Shown in pieces: positions 34,671-42,953 of a DNA stretch of 56,027 nt. Under the pieces are notes generated by a model. That model saw only the letters and a list, made by a program, of their open reading frames with translations. It did no database searches and was not told the DNA's origin. The DNA is from a virus. Its lineage: Duplodnaviria; Caudoviricetes. The stretch covers positions 1 through 56,027 of IMG/VR virus record IMGVR_UViG_3300025154_001007; one strand, written 5' to 3'. The position numbers were made by a program, and so were the translations under genes. Each line of letters opens with the position of its first letter. Position 1 is the stretch's first letter.

Positions 34671-35102
34671 TTATTTTTTAGACCACATGTTAACGCTTGT
34701 TAGCGAAATATGTTTCCACGCCAGGCCACGCCTGATTTTGCCAACCATTTCTGGTGTTATGCCGTACTTTTGGGCTATGTGAGAATGCGGAGAAGTTGAC
34801 CTTAGAATCTCTATAACCTGGTGTTCTTTGAGCTTACTGTTGTACATTTTTTCTCCGCATGGTTGAGTACCTGTTATCTTTTTATCTCTTTGGTTCTCAA
34901 GCCTTGTTGCTATTTTTATATTACAGGCCCACATTGTAGGCTTTAGCTTCCTGCCTCGATGAAAACGCTCTCCTTTTTCACAGGCTATAAATCTATCACT
35001 GCTCAACACGTTTCCTCTGCTTGATATTTTGTAAATGCCTTCAAAGCCAATCACGTCGGCGCCATTCTTCGAACATTTAAAATCCCTTTCATGAAAAATC
35101 AA
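34671..35102 (-). pseudogene. NUMOD4/HNH endonuclease lacking the HNH core
   Basis: GFEGIYKISSRGNV (NUMOD4) joins directly to N....T..EN..D and a C-terminal HTH; no HRLV/H.DG..N. Confidence 0.6.
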
Positions 35103-35505
35103 TAATCCTCAAAAGTTCTTCTTCTTTTATCCTATCTCCCCAAACAGAAAGGAACGCGTCTATACAATCTTTGAACATACTCCTGAATGTTTCCTCGTCC
35201 ATCTTGTCAAAGGCTATCGAATCCGCATCGAATATCTGGTATCCATTAGGGGCGGTTATGATATTGAAGTGGCCAGACTTCATGATGATCCATTTGCGAT
35301 AGTGCTTTGCGTTATCAAAATGGTCCTGAATATCGAAAGTGGTTTCTATAAAGGCAAAAAATCTTTTATGGTTCTCGTAGTTGCGGGGAAAGCTATACTT
35401 GACCCTGATGACCTGACCGTGCCGCATCTTTGAAATGATCTCAATAGCGGCTTCATCGGCAGGTGCGAGAATGCCGTTAATTTTTTTTAGATGTATTTCG
35501 CTCAT
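35089..35505 (-). CDS. DUF1367/NinB-like protein
   Basis: L.PAD, PRNYENHKRFFA, SIAFDKMDEETF. Confidence 0.8.
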   Translation of the reverse strand: MSEIHLKKINGILAPADEAAIEIISKMRHGQVIRVKYSFPRNYENHKRFFAFIETTFDIQDHFDNAKHYRKWIIMKSGHFNIITAPNGYQIFDADSIAFDKMDEETFRSMFKDCIDAFLSVWGDRIKEEELLRIIDFS

Positions 35506-35626
35506 CTTTTGCGGTATCCCACCATGCAGATTTGCAATTTGGGCAAATCCTAACTTCTGTTTTACGCGGGTTCCAGGTATGCCCGCATCGTTTACATTTA
35601 AGCTGCATTTTAATCTTTATTTTCAT
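35477..35626 (-). CDS. 49-aa zinc-ribbon micro-protein, copy 1 (not in ORF track)
   Basis: MKIKIKMQLKCKRCGHTWNPRKTEVRICPNCKSAWWD; paralog at 40269..40391. Confidence 0.8.
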   Translation of the reverse strand: MKIKIKMQLKCKRCGHTWNPRKTEVRICPNCKSAWWDTAKDERNTSKKN

Positions 35627-35632
35627 GGTATG

Positions 35633-35661
35633 ATATTACCTTATAGGTTTACTTATGTCAA
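35633..35661 (-). promoter_or_regulatory. Promoter giving a leaderless transcript for the zinc-ribbon gene
   Basis: TTGACA-N17-TAATAT, ATG 6 nt downstream. Confidence 0.7.
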
Positions 35662-35676
35662 TAAGTTTGTACACGT

Positions 35677-35865
35677 TCATTCTGCCCTCATATTACAAGC
35701 CTCTATCGCGTTTTGCTCGGTTTGGTAGTCAATGAACACGGCTTCAAGCATCGGGCAGTTGTCGGCGTGATCGCCTAATAGGCTGAATGTTGTTCTGTAT
35801 TTCAACTCGTTCGGCATTATTACCATTTTACACCCGCAATAGGCGCATGGCTTTAACTCTGGCAT
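35677..35865 (-). CDS. Lar-like (restriction alleviation-type) small protein
   Basis: ELKPCAYCG...TEQNAIEACNMRA; AAGGAGG RBS. Confidence 0.6.
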   Translation of the reverse strand: MPELKPCAYCGCKMVIMPNELKYRTTFSLLGDHADNCPMLEAVFIDYQTEQNAIEACNMRAE

Positions 35866-36035
35866 TTATCCTCCTTATTTTTCTCTCTCATCCTTTTTGC
35901 GACGGTCAAGACGCGCTCCCAGCACCGTGGCCCCATCTGCCGTGTAACGCTCTGGTGATCTCGTAACGGCCGGCCTCATAGGGCGCACAGGGTCGGCTTG
36001 CAGGGGCTTTCGTGGAAGATTGGGAGTTGGTTCAT
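35853..36035 (-). pseudogene. DUF6011-like zinc finger with in-frame TGA at a Cys position
   Basis: CAL*GRPLRDHQSVTRQMGPRCW; TGA at 35976-35978. Confidence 0.65.
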
Positions 36036-36051
36036 GGGGTTGCTTTCCATG

Positions 36052-36237
36052 TCATTCCGTGGCTTTCCAAATTTCAAAATGAGTTTTGATCTTTGGGTGC
36101 TTTTCCAGAATCCTATCCACGGATGAGGCGGCCTGATTTGCAATCAACATGGACGAGTCTCTACCTGTAGCTTTTTCTGATGCCTCTATGATTTTATACA
36201 ACTCCCACGCTATGTCGCTGGCTTCTTTTGTGTTCAC
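36052..36237 (-). CDS. Hypothetical protein
   Basis: GGAG RBS, GTG start. Confidence 0.5.
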   Translation of the reverse strand: MNTKEASDIAWELYKIIEASEKATGRDSSMLIANQAASSVDRILEKHPKIKTHFEIWKATE

Positions 36238-36253
36238 GATGCTTCTCCATTCG

Positions 36254-36736
36254 TTACGGGCCTATCTTGTTTTCCAAATAAAGCTGGTGGCTACCCTTCG
36301 CGTAACCGTTGCGTGCGTTTTCGGCTACCACTCGTTTCCACTCCTTCGGGTCCGTGATTCCTGGACCGAATCTTTCAGCCCGATAATTGAGCCACAACCA
36401 CCAATAGGGAGCCTCAAGCCACGATCTTTTATCGGGCACATATAGCGCTGAACGCGGATATCCAGTGCCTTTGGAATGCCCGGCAACCATCAAAAACCCC
36501 TTTAAACCGAAAAGCTTGCCAGCAATGCGTGCCCCAAGAATCCAGTGGCCCGCTTTTTGTTTTGGGTCACTTAGGTATTGCTTGCCGATATGCCCTATGT
36601 CGTGGAGAAAGATGCAGACCAACTCCCAAAATTTAGGCCAGCGCCGATATTCTTTGTGCCATGCGACAAGCACGCATAGGGGATGAATCAAAAAACTGTG
36701 ACACCCAATCAGGTATGAAATGGTTCCTTCGGTCAT
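36254..36736 (-). CDS. HD-domain-like protein
   Basis: GCHSFLIHP, FLHDIGH, H...GA, GHS, PDK. Confidence 0.65.
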   Translation of the reverse strand: MTEGTISYLIGCHSFLIHPLCVLVAWHKEYRRWPKFWELVCIFLHDIGHIGKQYLSDPKQKAGHWILGARIAGKLFGLKGFLMVAGHSKGTGYPRSALYVPDKRSWLEAPYWWLWLNYRAERFGPGITDPKEWKRVVAENARNGYAKGSHQLYLENKIGP

Positions 36737-36765
36737 AGCCACGCACTCCCTATCGTTCAATGTCG

Positions 36766-37077
36766 TTACGGTGCCTTGTTGAGCAACGCCGAAAAGGTCT
36801 TGGCTCGCTCGTTGTTGCAATGCTCGATGTTTTTATTTATGTCCTCGAAGTTGACTTTCTTGCGTGATTTTTGAAGCGTGTATCCGTGCCGCGCCATGAA
36901 CCATAAAAACATATCTATCGTGTAAATATGAGCATCTACCCATGATAGACGTTCGGTGATTTCATGTTCTGTCAGATTGTGGACGGCCTTAAATAAATCT
37001 TTTTGATCGTGAAAATCGCGCATGAAGGTCGGCAGGTGTTCGCCCTTTTTGCGCCATTCTTTTAATTCGCCGTCCAT
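36766..37077 (-). CDS. Hypothetical protein
   Basis: GGAG RBS; LP.FMRDFHDQKDLFK, FLWFMA.HGYTLQ. Confidence 0.7.
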   Translation of the reverse strand: MDGELKEWRKKGEHLPTFMRDFHDQKDLFKAVHNLTEHEITERLSWVDAHIYTIDMFLWFMARHGYTLQKSRKKVNFEDINKNIEHCNNERAKTFSALLNKAP

Positions 37078-37103
37078 GTCCCTTCTCCCTATCGTTAAGT
37101 TGT

Positions 37104-37559
37104 TCAAATCTCCAAAGCCTCGAAAACCACCGCCGCCCGATACCCATCCGGTTCCGAATACTCGCAAGCCGGATCGAAGCAGACCATTAGGTTTTCGGTT
37201 TCGTGTAACAGCCTTTCAAAGGCCGCTTGCTTCCGTCCGGGCTTCATATAGGCGAGTTGGTCAACTATTAAGCAAATGAGCATCGAAAGCGGTTCCTCTG
37301 CCGTGAACTCTCCACCAGGAAAGCACCGATCATGGAACAGGTCTATCGCCGTCTTGATACGCTCTATGTCCTTTTGGGATAGTCTGCCATTAGGCTCGGC
37401 CCTGAGTAGCGCCACGGCCTCGTCACAGGCTTTGATTGCGTCGGTTCGCAGGGCTTGGAACATGTCGCTTTTGTCGGCTCCTTGATCGGACATCATATTA
37501 AGGAAACCCTCTAACAAGGCACAGATGGTTGATTGGCGTCTTATTGATTGGCTGGCCAT
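37104..37559 (-). CDS. Hypothetical helical protein
   Basis: ORF track, GGAG RBS. Confidence 0.6.
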   Translation of the reverse strand: MASQSIRRQSTICALLEGFLNMMSDQGADKSDMFQALRTDAIKACDEAVALLRAEPNGRLSQKDIERIKTAIDLFHDRCFPGGEFTAEEPLSMLICLIVDQLAYMKPGRKQAAFERLLHETENLMVCFDPACEYSEPDGYRAAVVFEALEI

Positions 37560-37795
37560 GGCTACTCCCACATATGCCGAAAGTCAGAAAAGAAGCTATT
37601 TCTCATTTTAAATGAGAGCCAAAAATAATCGATTTGCAGTGATTCGCCCAATGATATGTAATACATGCTTCGTCCTCCCAGGCCCGCCCCGCGATGAGCC
37701 ACGGCGGGCCGTTATGGTTTGCAGGTCGTACTGCCGCACTACGGCCTTTCGGCGGTTCGCGGTGTCAGGCGTACCGGGTCCAAGTCTATTCCAAA

Positions 37796-38143
37796 TCAGC
37801 CCGGACAACCCTGTACCGTGCGCCGCGCCACGCGATCCTTCAGCATCCCCTCAAGGAGAATGAGATACGCGATATTATCGCCAACCTTTTCATCAATTAT
37901 CTCGTCAGTGAGCTTTTCCGGGCAGTTCTCGGCCCAATCGATCATGTCGGCCACGGATACCTCATGCTTCAGCATCATGCCCTTGAGCGCCCTCTCGGGC
38001 GTCGTGTTGGCGATCCTGGCGGCTACGTGAAAGTTATGGAAGCGGTCGTTATCCGTTGCGTACTCCCCGGCCTTCTTGGTGAGGATTCTTTTGATTTCGT
38101 GGCATCGATTGTTCACTACATTGTTGAATTGATCCGCGTTCAT
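37796..38143 (-). CDS. Nucleotide-modification-associated (Nmad/DUF1599-like) helical protein
   Basis: L.KK..EY...DRFHNF...KH...EKVGD.I.YL.LL. Confidence 0.7.
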   Translation of the reverse strand: MNADQFNNVVNNRCHEIKRILTKKAGEYATDNDRFHNFHVAARIANTTPERALKGMMLKHEVSVADMIDWAENCPEKLTDEIIDEKVGDNIAYLILLEGMLKDRVARRTVQGCPG

Positions 38144-38266
38144 CCTCGATTCCTTTCTGATAGTTGGTTGCAATCCTCTTTTCACACTCTGGGCAAAGCC
38201 ATTGCTCGGTTTCTCGTTTTTCTTGATATGATCCTCGGCAGCGTAGGCACCAAATCCATCGGTCGG

Positions 38267-38572
38267 TCATGTCCACCTCGGGGCGTGTTCTCCACCGTTG
38301 TCGATATGACACCGGGGGCACTTCCAGGTGGAGTTCTCAAGGCTATCCGGGCCCCCACGGCCTTTGCCCTTGATGTGGGCCCGGTGGCCGCAGGCAAAAA
38401 CATCGAAGCTCCCGTCCTGGTCATACAGCGGCGCGAACGTCCCGCAGCCGGAGCATATGCCGTTGGCCTGCTCGTAGACCTGGCGGCGCAGTTCTGTTTC
38501 TGCTTTGCCGGTCAACCGGATGGGTGCGGACTTGGGCACCGCTGCGTATGACCAATCGATCTTGGGCTTCAT
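38267..38572 (-). CDS. Small HNH endonuclease
   Basis: CSGCG...H.AHIK.KG.GG.D..EN....CPRCH...H. Confidence 0.8.
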   Translation of the reverse strand: MKPKIDWSYAAVPKSAPIRLTGKAETELRRQVYEQANGICSGCGTFAPLYDQDGSFDVFACGHRAHIKGKGRGGPDSLENSTWKCPRCHIDNGGEHAPRWT

Positions 38573-38820
38573 GGCTTGAACACCTTCCCGCAATGCGGGC
38601 ACTTCACGCGGTCTTCATCGTCCGTGCTGGCCGTTTCGAAGTGGCAGCCGGTCCGCTCGCGCTCGTTGTACTCTCGATCGGCACATAGGCAGATTGAACG
38701 CTCTCCCTTGTCCTCATCGTCGATGTTTTCGGCCAGCCACTTGAGATAGGAAGAGGGCAGGGCGTCGATCTCTTGGCCCTTGAATTTTCCAAATGGTAGT
38801 TGCACGGGCGCTCCTTTCAT
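38569..38820 (-). CDS. DUF3820-like protein with C-terminal zinc ribbon
   Basis: LPFGKFKG..I..LP.SYL.WL; CPHCG. Confidence 0.75.
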   Translation of the reverse strand: MKGAPVQLPFGKFKGQEIDALPSSYLKWLAENIDDEDKGERSICLCADREYNERERTGCHFETASTDDEDRVKCPHCGKVFKP

Positions 38821-39206
38821 CCAACCATGAATTGCGACGGCAGTTCATACTCCTGACCATGCCGGCGCCACATGTGCAAAGCGGTTTTGCAGCGGTTTAC
38901 GTACTGGCTTTCCTTGGGGTGGTACTGAATAACGGTTTCCTCGGGATCGAAGAACAGCCGCTTGATGAAATTCATCTCATCCCAATTCGGGCAGCGGTTC
39001 TTCAGGGACACGCTCACATGGTCCCAACCTTCCTGATCGGAGATGATGACCATCAGTTCGTTGGTGGTGTATGGGATTACGAAGGCACCGTTCATGCCGA
39101 ACGAGCGATCGGATCGCATCGGGCCGGTGGTGATGCGGAACCTTTCTATGTTGGGGGGAACCTGGGGCTTCATTCTGTGAGGGTGCTCCTTTCTGGTCAT
39201 CTCCAA
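38817..39206 (-). CDS. Conserved phage hypothetical protein
   Basis: GWDHVSVS...RCP.WDEM..IK..FF..EE.V.QYHP....YVN. Confidence 0.75.
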   Translation of the reverse strand: MEMTRKEHPHRMKPQVPPNIERFRITTGPMRSDRSFGMNGAFVIPYTTNELMVIISDQEGWDHVSVSLKNRCPNWDEMNFIKRLFFDPEETVIQYHPKESQYVNRCKTALHMWRRHGQEYELPSQFMVG

Positions 39207-39253
39207 CCCCAGGAAGGCGCGGGGCCGAACAGCACCCCGCGCTTGGGGTTGGG

Positions 39254-39577
39254 TTATTTCGACAACTTCAAAAGATACTCTTGTTCAACCTGGACAGCCC
39301 GGAACTTCTTCCACTCAGGCGTGGCCTCAACGACCTTGCCGGCAGCGTCTGCTTCTTTGCGTTGGACTTCGTAAGCGGCCCATTGAGGCGTTTTTTTGAC
39401 GGCTTCCAGGGCTTCCTTTGCCAGCGGTTCGAGCGCCTTGAGGCGGGCTTGAATTTTGTCGTGGGCGGATGCTTGATCGGTGGCATTGGCCTTTGCGGGT
39501 TGTGGTTCCTGAGCCTGCAAGGCGGCGCAGGCGATGAACATGGTGGCGATGAACAGTAGGGCGATGGTCTTTTTCAA
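39254..39577 (-). CDS. Exported helical protein
   Basis: AAGGAGG RBS; signal peptide MKKTIALLFIATMFIACAALQA. Confidence 0.7.
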   Translation of the reverse strand: MKKTIALLFIATMFIACAALQAQEPQPAKANATDQASAHDKIQARLKALEPLAKEALEAVKKTPQWAAYEVQRKEADAAGKVVEATPEWKKFRAVQVEQEYLLKLSK

Positions 39578-39592
39578 TTTAAATCCTCCTTG

Positions 39593-40348
39593 TTAATATT
39601 GAATTTTGACGTTCCTAATAAGCCCCTTGGCAACCAGGGTTATAATCTGCTTAGACATTTCTTCGCTGATTCCGTTCGCCTTGAAATCTTCAAGGGCTTC
39701 GTTGTTGACTTTTTTCCGAGCGGAGCCAGTCTTCTGTGATTCGCTTTTACACTGCTTGTGGTAGATTGGTGATTTTCCGCTTGGCGGCATATACAGTAAA
39801 TCTGTAGGGCTGTAATGCCCGCATATTTGGCACTTTCTCCAATTGGCATTGCCGCAGGCCCTTAGCGCCCTTTCCCTTTGATGTAGAAGCCTGTGGTATG
39901 CATCGCTTTCGCACACAACAAGATTTGAATTGCTATCGTCAGATGTATTCCCGTTAACATGATGGACCACAGCTGTTTTTGGAATAGGCTTTCCAGTTGC
40001 TCGCTCAACCACTAAAAAATAGTTGGGAACGCATTTATTCGCGTTCGCCCTGGCGTGTTGGGGGGCGTATACCATCTTCCGACCCTCGTTATTTACTGTC
40101 ACTCCGCCCTTCCATAAACGCGATTTGTCGCCAATGGGCTGCATTCTTGCGTTGTGGCCAGCGATATATTTTACTGGTGCCCCTTTAATATGCCCGAACC
40201 TATTGGCGCTCTGTTTTGCCAACGGTGCCTTTTGCCCACACCCGCATTGGCAGTATCCGTGCGGGATATTATTTTTTTGGCTTGTCCCAGTAGTAGGATT
40301 TGCATTTTGGGCATCTTCGAACGTCGGCTGTTCTGGGGGTCCACTCAT
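39593..40348 (-). CDS. HNH endonuclease with an unrelated C-terminal tail
   Basis: CQCGCG, WKGG, VVHHVNG..SDD..SNL.....YH..LH. Confidence 0.8.
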   Translation of the reverse strand: MSGPPEQPTFEDAQNANPTTGTSQKNNIPHGYCQCGCGQKAPLAKQSANRFGHIKGAPVKYIAGHNARMQPIGDKSRLWKGGVTVNNEGRKMVYAPQHARANANKCVPNYFLVVERATGKPIPKTAVVHHVNGNTSDDSNSNLVVCESDAYHRLLHQRERALRACGNANWRKCQICGHYSPTDLLYMPPSGKSPIYHKQCKSESQKTGSARKKVNNEALEDFKANGISEEMSKQIITLVAKGLIRNVKIQY

Positions 40349-40391
40349 GTCCGCACCTTTCGCATTTAAGTGTTTTGATTTTAATTTTCAT
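40269..40391 (-). CDS. 40-aa zinc-ribbon micro-protein, copy 2 (not in ORF track)
   Basis: MKIKIKTLKCERCGHEWTPRTADVRRCPKCKSYYWDKPKK; TTGACA and AAGGA upstream. Confidence 0.8.
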   Translation of the reverse strand: MKIKIKTLKCERCGHEWTPRTADVRRCPKCKSYYWDKPKK

Positions 40392-40430
40392 ATTCCTTAT
40401 GTAGACCCCCTATAGGTAAGTTGTCAAGAC

Positions 40431-41051
40431 CTAAATACAGCTTTCGTCGCGGTGTTTTAAAACGTACTTGTCAAGGTCGAAGATGAACCGATCCACCAAT
40501 TCGGCGTATCGCTTGATGAAGGTTTCGTCCCGCTCAACGATAACGTCGATGGGCTTGATGCCCCTTGAGTACGACCGAAGCGCCCAGGCTTGACGGTTGC
40601 AGATCCACATTCCCGCTTGGCACTGGTGGTAGTGGTCTGCCTTCCAGTTCCATCCGTCTTCGAGTTGGTCAATCTGGACGCGGGCGTCTTTGTTCTTTGT
40701 CTCAAATCCCATTGACGGGTCGATAAGGCCATCAGGAGAGCACCCAACGCGGCGGTCTTCGTTCAGAAATACAAACCCGACTTGGAGAATTTCGACGCTA
40801 TGGATGAGGCAATAGTGATTGCGGCTGTCACATTCGCGCTCGTTGCCCTTCATCATGGATTCAGATTTGAATCCGTTGGCCGGTTCCCCTGAAAGGATCT
40901 CGCCTGCAAGGGTTCGCATGTAGGCTACGGCCTGCTTTGAAGGTTCGCCCTTGCTGGTGATTATCTTATCGGCGTTCGAGGCTGTGACCACACCGAGGCG
41001 CATTCGAATCCATTCAGGGGTTCCCTGTTCTACGTCGTTTATTTCAATCAT
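40431..41051 (-). CDS. YqaJ/lambda-exonuclease family nuclease
   Basis: QGTPEW...R.G..TAS, G.E.E, GCSPDGL, FETK, YHQCQ. Confidence 0.9.
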   Translation of the reverse strand: MIEINDVEQGTPEWIRMRLGVVTASNADKIITSKGEPSKQAVAYMRTLAGEILSGEPANGFKSESMMKGNERECDSRNHYCLIHSVEILQVGFVFLNEDRRVGCSPDGLIDPSMGFETKNKDARVQIDQLEDGWNWKADHYHQCQAGMWICNRQAWALRSYSRGIKPIDVIVERDETFIKRYAELVDRFIFDLDKYVLKHRDESCI

Positions 41052-41821
41052 TTCTTAGCCGCCTCCTTTTTGGCCTTGGCTGCGTTCAGGGCGCTGATTG
41101 CAACCTGATATTTTTCAGCCTGGATATCCTCTACTGCCTCTACCTTCATCCAGTTGAGCCAATCTGAAACGAACTTGGTCCCGGCTCCGTAGACTTCGTT
41201 CAGTAGGTCGGTAATCTGAACAGCTTGATCTGTGGTAATGCTCTTTTGTTCTTCTTTCTTTGGCGTTGCCGAATTGCCATCATCGTCCATGGTCGGAAGG
41301 TTCAAGACCATACACATGAGATACCGTCTGGCATATGATATTGACGATGCCTTGGCGTGGGTGGCCGTCATGTTCGCGTTGCCCTTCAGACCCTTTCCCT
41401 CCATCGGTGCGTCATAGTAATAGGTCTTGGTGTGGCCCCCGCTGTGCGAAACATCAGCGAACACGCGGATATGATCCTCCTTGGGACAATCGCCCTCATA
41501 GAAGGTTACGAAAAACCCTTCTGCTGAATATGCCGGCTTGGCGGTTTCTATGATAAGCCCTAGGTCTGCGTATTTGCTGCGAGTCTGTGAGTTATACAGC
41601 TTTTTTGCGATGGTGGGCATATTGGCGTGTACCCTTGCCATGGCAGAAGCGAACTCTTTTTTTGCCTCGTTCGCCTCATACTCCCGTTTGATGTCCAGAA
41701 ATTTTTCCAGCTTCTCCAGTGGTGCGCCTTGGCTGATAGCCAGTTCAAGGACGCGTTCGTGTATCGGCGCTTGCATGGTGGCCGGCGCGTTACATTGCGA
41801 TACTTGCACTTCGTTTTCCAT
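41048..41821 (-). CDS. ERF-family single-strand annealing protein
   Basis: KYADL..I, HSGGH, S.ISYARRY, DDDGN. Confidence 0.9.
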   Translation of the reverse strand: MENEVQVSQCNAPATMQAPIHERVLELAISQGAPLEKLEKFLDIKREYEANEAKKEFASAMARVHANMPTIAKKLYNSQTRSKYADLGLIIETAKPAYSAEGFFVTFYEGDCPKEDHIRVFADVSHSGGHTKTYYYDAPMEGKGLKGNANMTATHAKASSISYARRYLMCMVLNLPTMDDDGNSATPKKEEQKSITTDQAVQITDLLNEVYGAGTKFVSDWLNWMKVEAVEDIQAEKYQVAISALNAAKAKKEAAKK

Positions 41822-41832
41822 TTTCCCCTCCT

Positions 41833-42108
41833 CTATGCTTCAATGATCATAACTTGTTCGGAAAAATCATTGTCTTGAGCGTGCGCCCAGGCCTTCAGTT
41901 CTGCCCAGGATTTAAACTCCTTGCCAACGAGTGTCGGAGTGTGAACGTACACGCGCCAGTTGCTTCTGTGTGCTGGTTCGCTGTCTACGGTTTTGTAAAT
42001 CTGGTACGTGTGCACGTAATCGATTGATACGGTTACGCCGCAAAACATATCGGATAGGCACTCGGCCATGGCTTCCATATCCCTGTTGGTTACTTGCATT
42101 TTGCGCAC
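41833..42108 (-). CDS. Hypothetical protein
   Basis: AGGGAG RBS; 91 aa. Confidence 0.55.
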   Translation of the reverse strand: MRKMQVTNRDMEAMAECLSDMFCGVTVSIDYVHTYQIYKTVDSEPAHRSNWRVYVHTPTLVGKEFKSWAELKAWAHAQDNDFSEQVMIIEA

Positions 42109-42129
42109 TCCCTTTCCTTTGGGCTCCGA

Positions 42130-42357
42130 TCATTCGCGGTGGTCTGAGCCCCGCTTCTTTGCGCTCAACTTCAGCGCCTTCCACAGATCGCCGTGGTCAA
42201 CCATCTTAACTTCATTGCGGAGCTCGTAGCGTTCTGCTCTCCCGTCAACCAGCACCAGGTAGGAGATGAGCAACCAGACTACCGATAATATGGAAAGCAC
42301 CGAGAAGATGGTCCTGGTGGGTTCGCTAAGGTCTGAAATGATTGTGATGAAGTCCAT
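42130..42357 (-). CDS. Small membrane protein
   Basis: IFSVLSILSVVWLLISYLVLV hydrophobic helix. Confidence 0.6.
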   Translation of the reverse strand: MDFITIISDLSEPTRTIFSVLSILSVVWLLISYLVLVDGRAERYELRNEVKMVDHGDLWKALKLSAKKRGSDHRE

Positions 42358-42638
42358 TATTCACCCCCGCTATTTTCTTCATTGCGACCGATGATCTGGA
42401 TGCCATTAAAGATTGCCTCGACCACTTTTTTATTTTTCTCAATAAGTTCGCTGGTCGCCTTCATTGCCGCCTTTGCCTCGGACGCAAAATCGTACCCCCT
42501 GCCGAGATCCACGACTTGGCCAACTTTCAATTTTGTGAGGCCGTTGTGGTAAAGTTTCAGGAACTTTTCGATTTAGCTGTGATCGATTTCCGCGATGTAC
42601 GTATCTCCATGGTAGCTTGCGATTCCTAATATTCTCAT
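42357..42638 (-). pseudogene. 93-codon gene with premature TAA at codon 22
   Basis: MRILGIASYHGDTYIAEIDHS*IEKFLKLY...; ATGA and TAATG overlaps with both neighbours. Confidence 0.65.
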
Positions 42639-42922
42639 GCCGCCCTCCTTCCCCTGATGGTTCTGATGGCGTGGGTTTCTTCCAATGCGTCCTGCGCGTT
42701 TTCGACAAGCAGGCGCATATCCGTATTGACCTCAAGGGCCTTCCCGAACAGCTTCGACAATTCAAAGCCGAGATCGGATGCGATAGCTCCCAGCTCCCGG
42801 TCGTAAAGGTCGGGCTCGTCGGTGCCCTGCCGAAGTTGCTTGGCGAGGGCGTTTACTTCGGCCAGCAGGACTTTGATGCCGCCGAGCTTTTGCTGGATTT
42901 GGGTGGTCGTTACCTGTGACAT
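42635..42922 (-). CDS. Hypothetical coiled-coil protein
   Basis: AAAGGAG RBS. Confidence 0.65.
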   Translation of the reverse strand: MSQVTTTQIQQKLGGIKVLLAEVNALAKQLRQGTDEPDLYDRELGAIASDLGFELSKLFGKALEVNTDMRLLVENAQDALEETHAIRTIRGRRAA

Positions 42923-42953
42923 TTGGTTCTCCTTTCTGGTCGTTACGGGCCAT

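Noticed and set aside
37700-37790. c-di-GMP-I riboswitch or hammerhead ribozyme
   Set aside because: GCAAACC and the GAAA loop are in the wrong order for c-di-GMP-I, and there is no CUGANGA core.
37694-38551. Long + strand ORFs (also 43576..44406, 18262..18864, 15555..16136) and - strand ORFs 12616..13395, 14619..15245, 6434..7090
   Set aside because: They are antisense shadows of well-supported genes, with no motifs or RBS.
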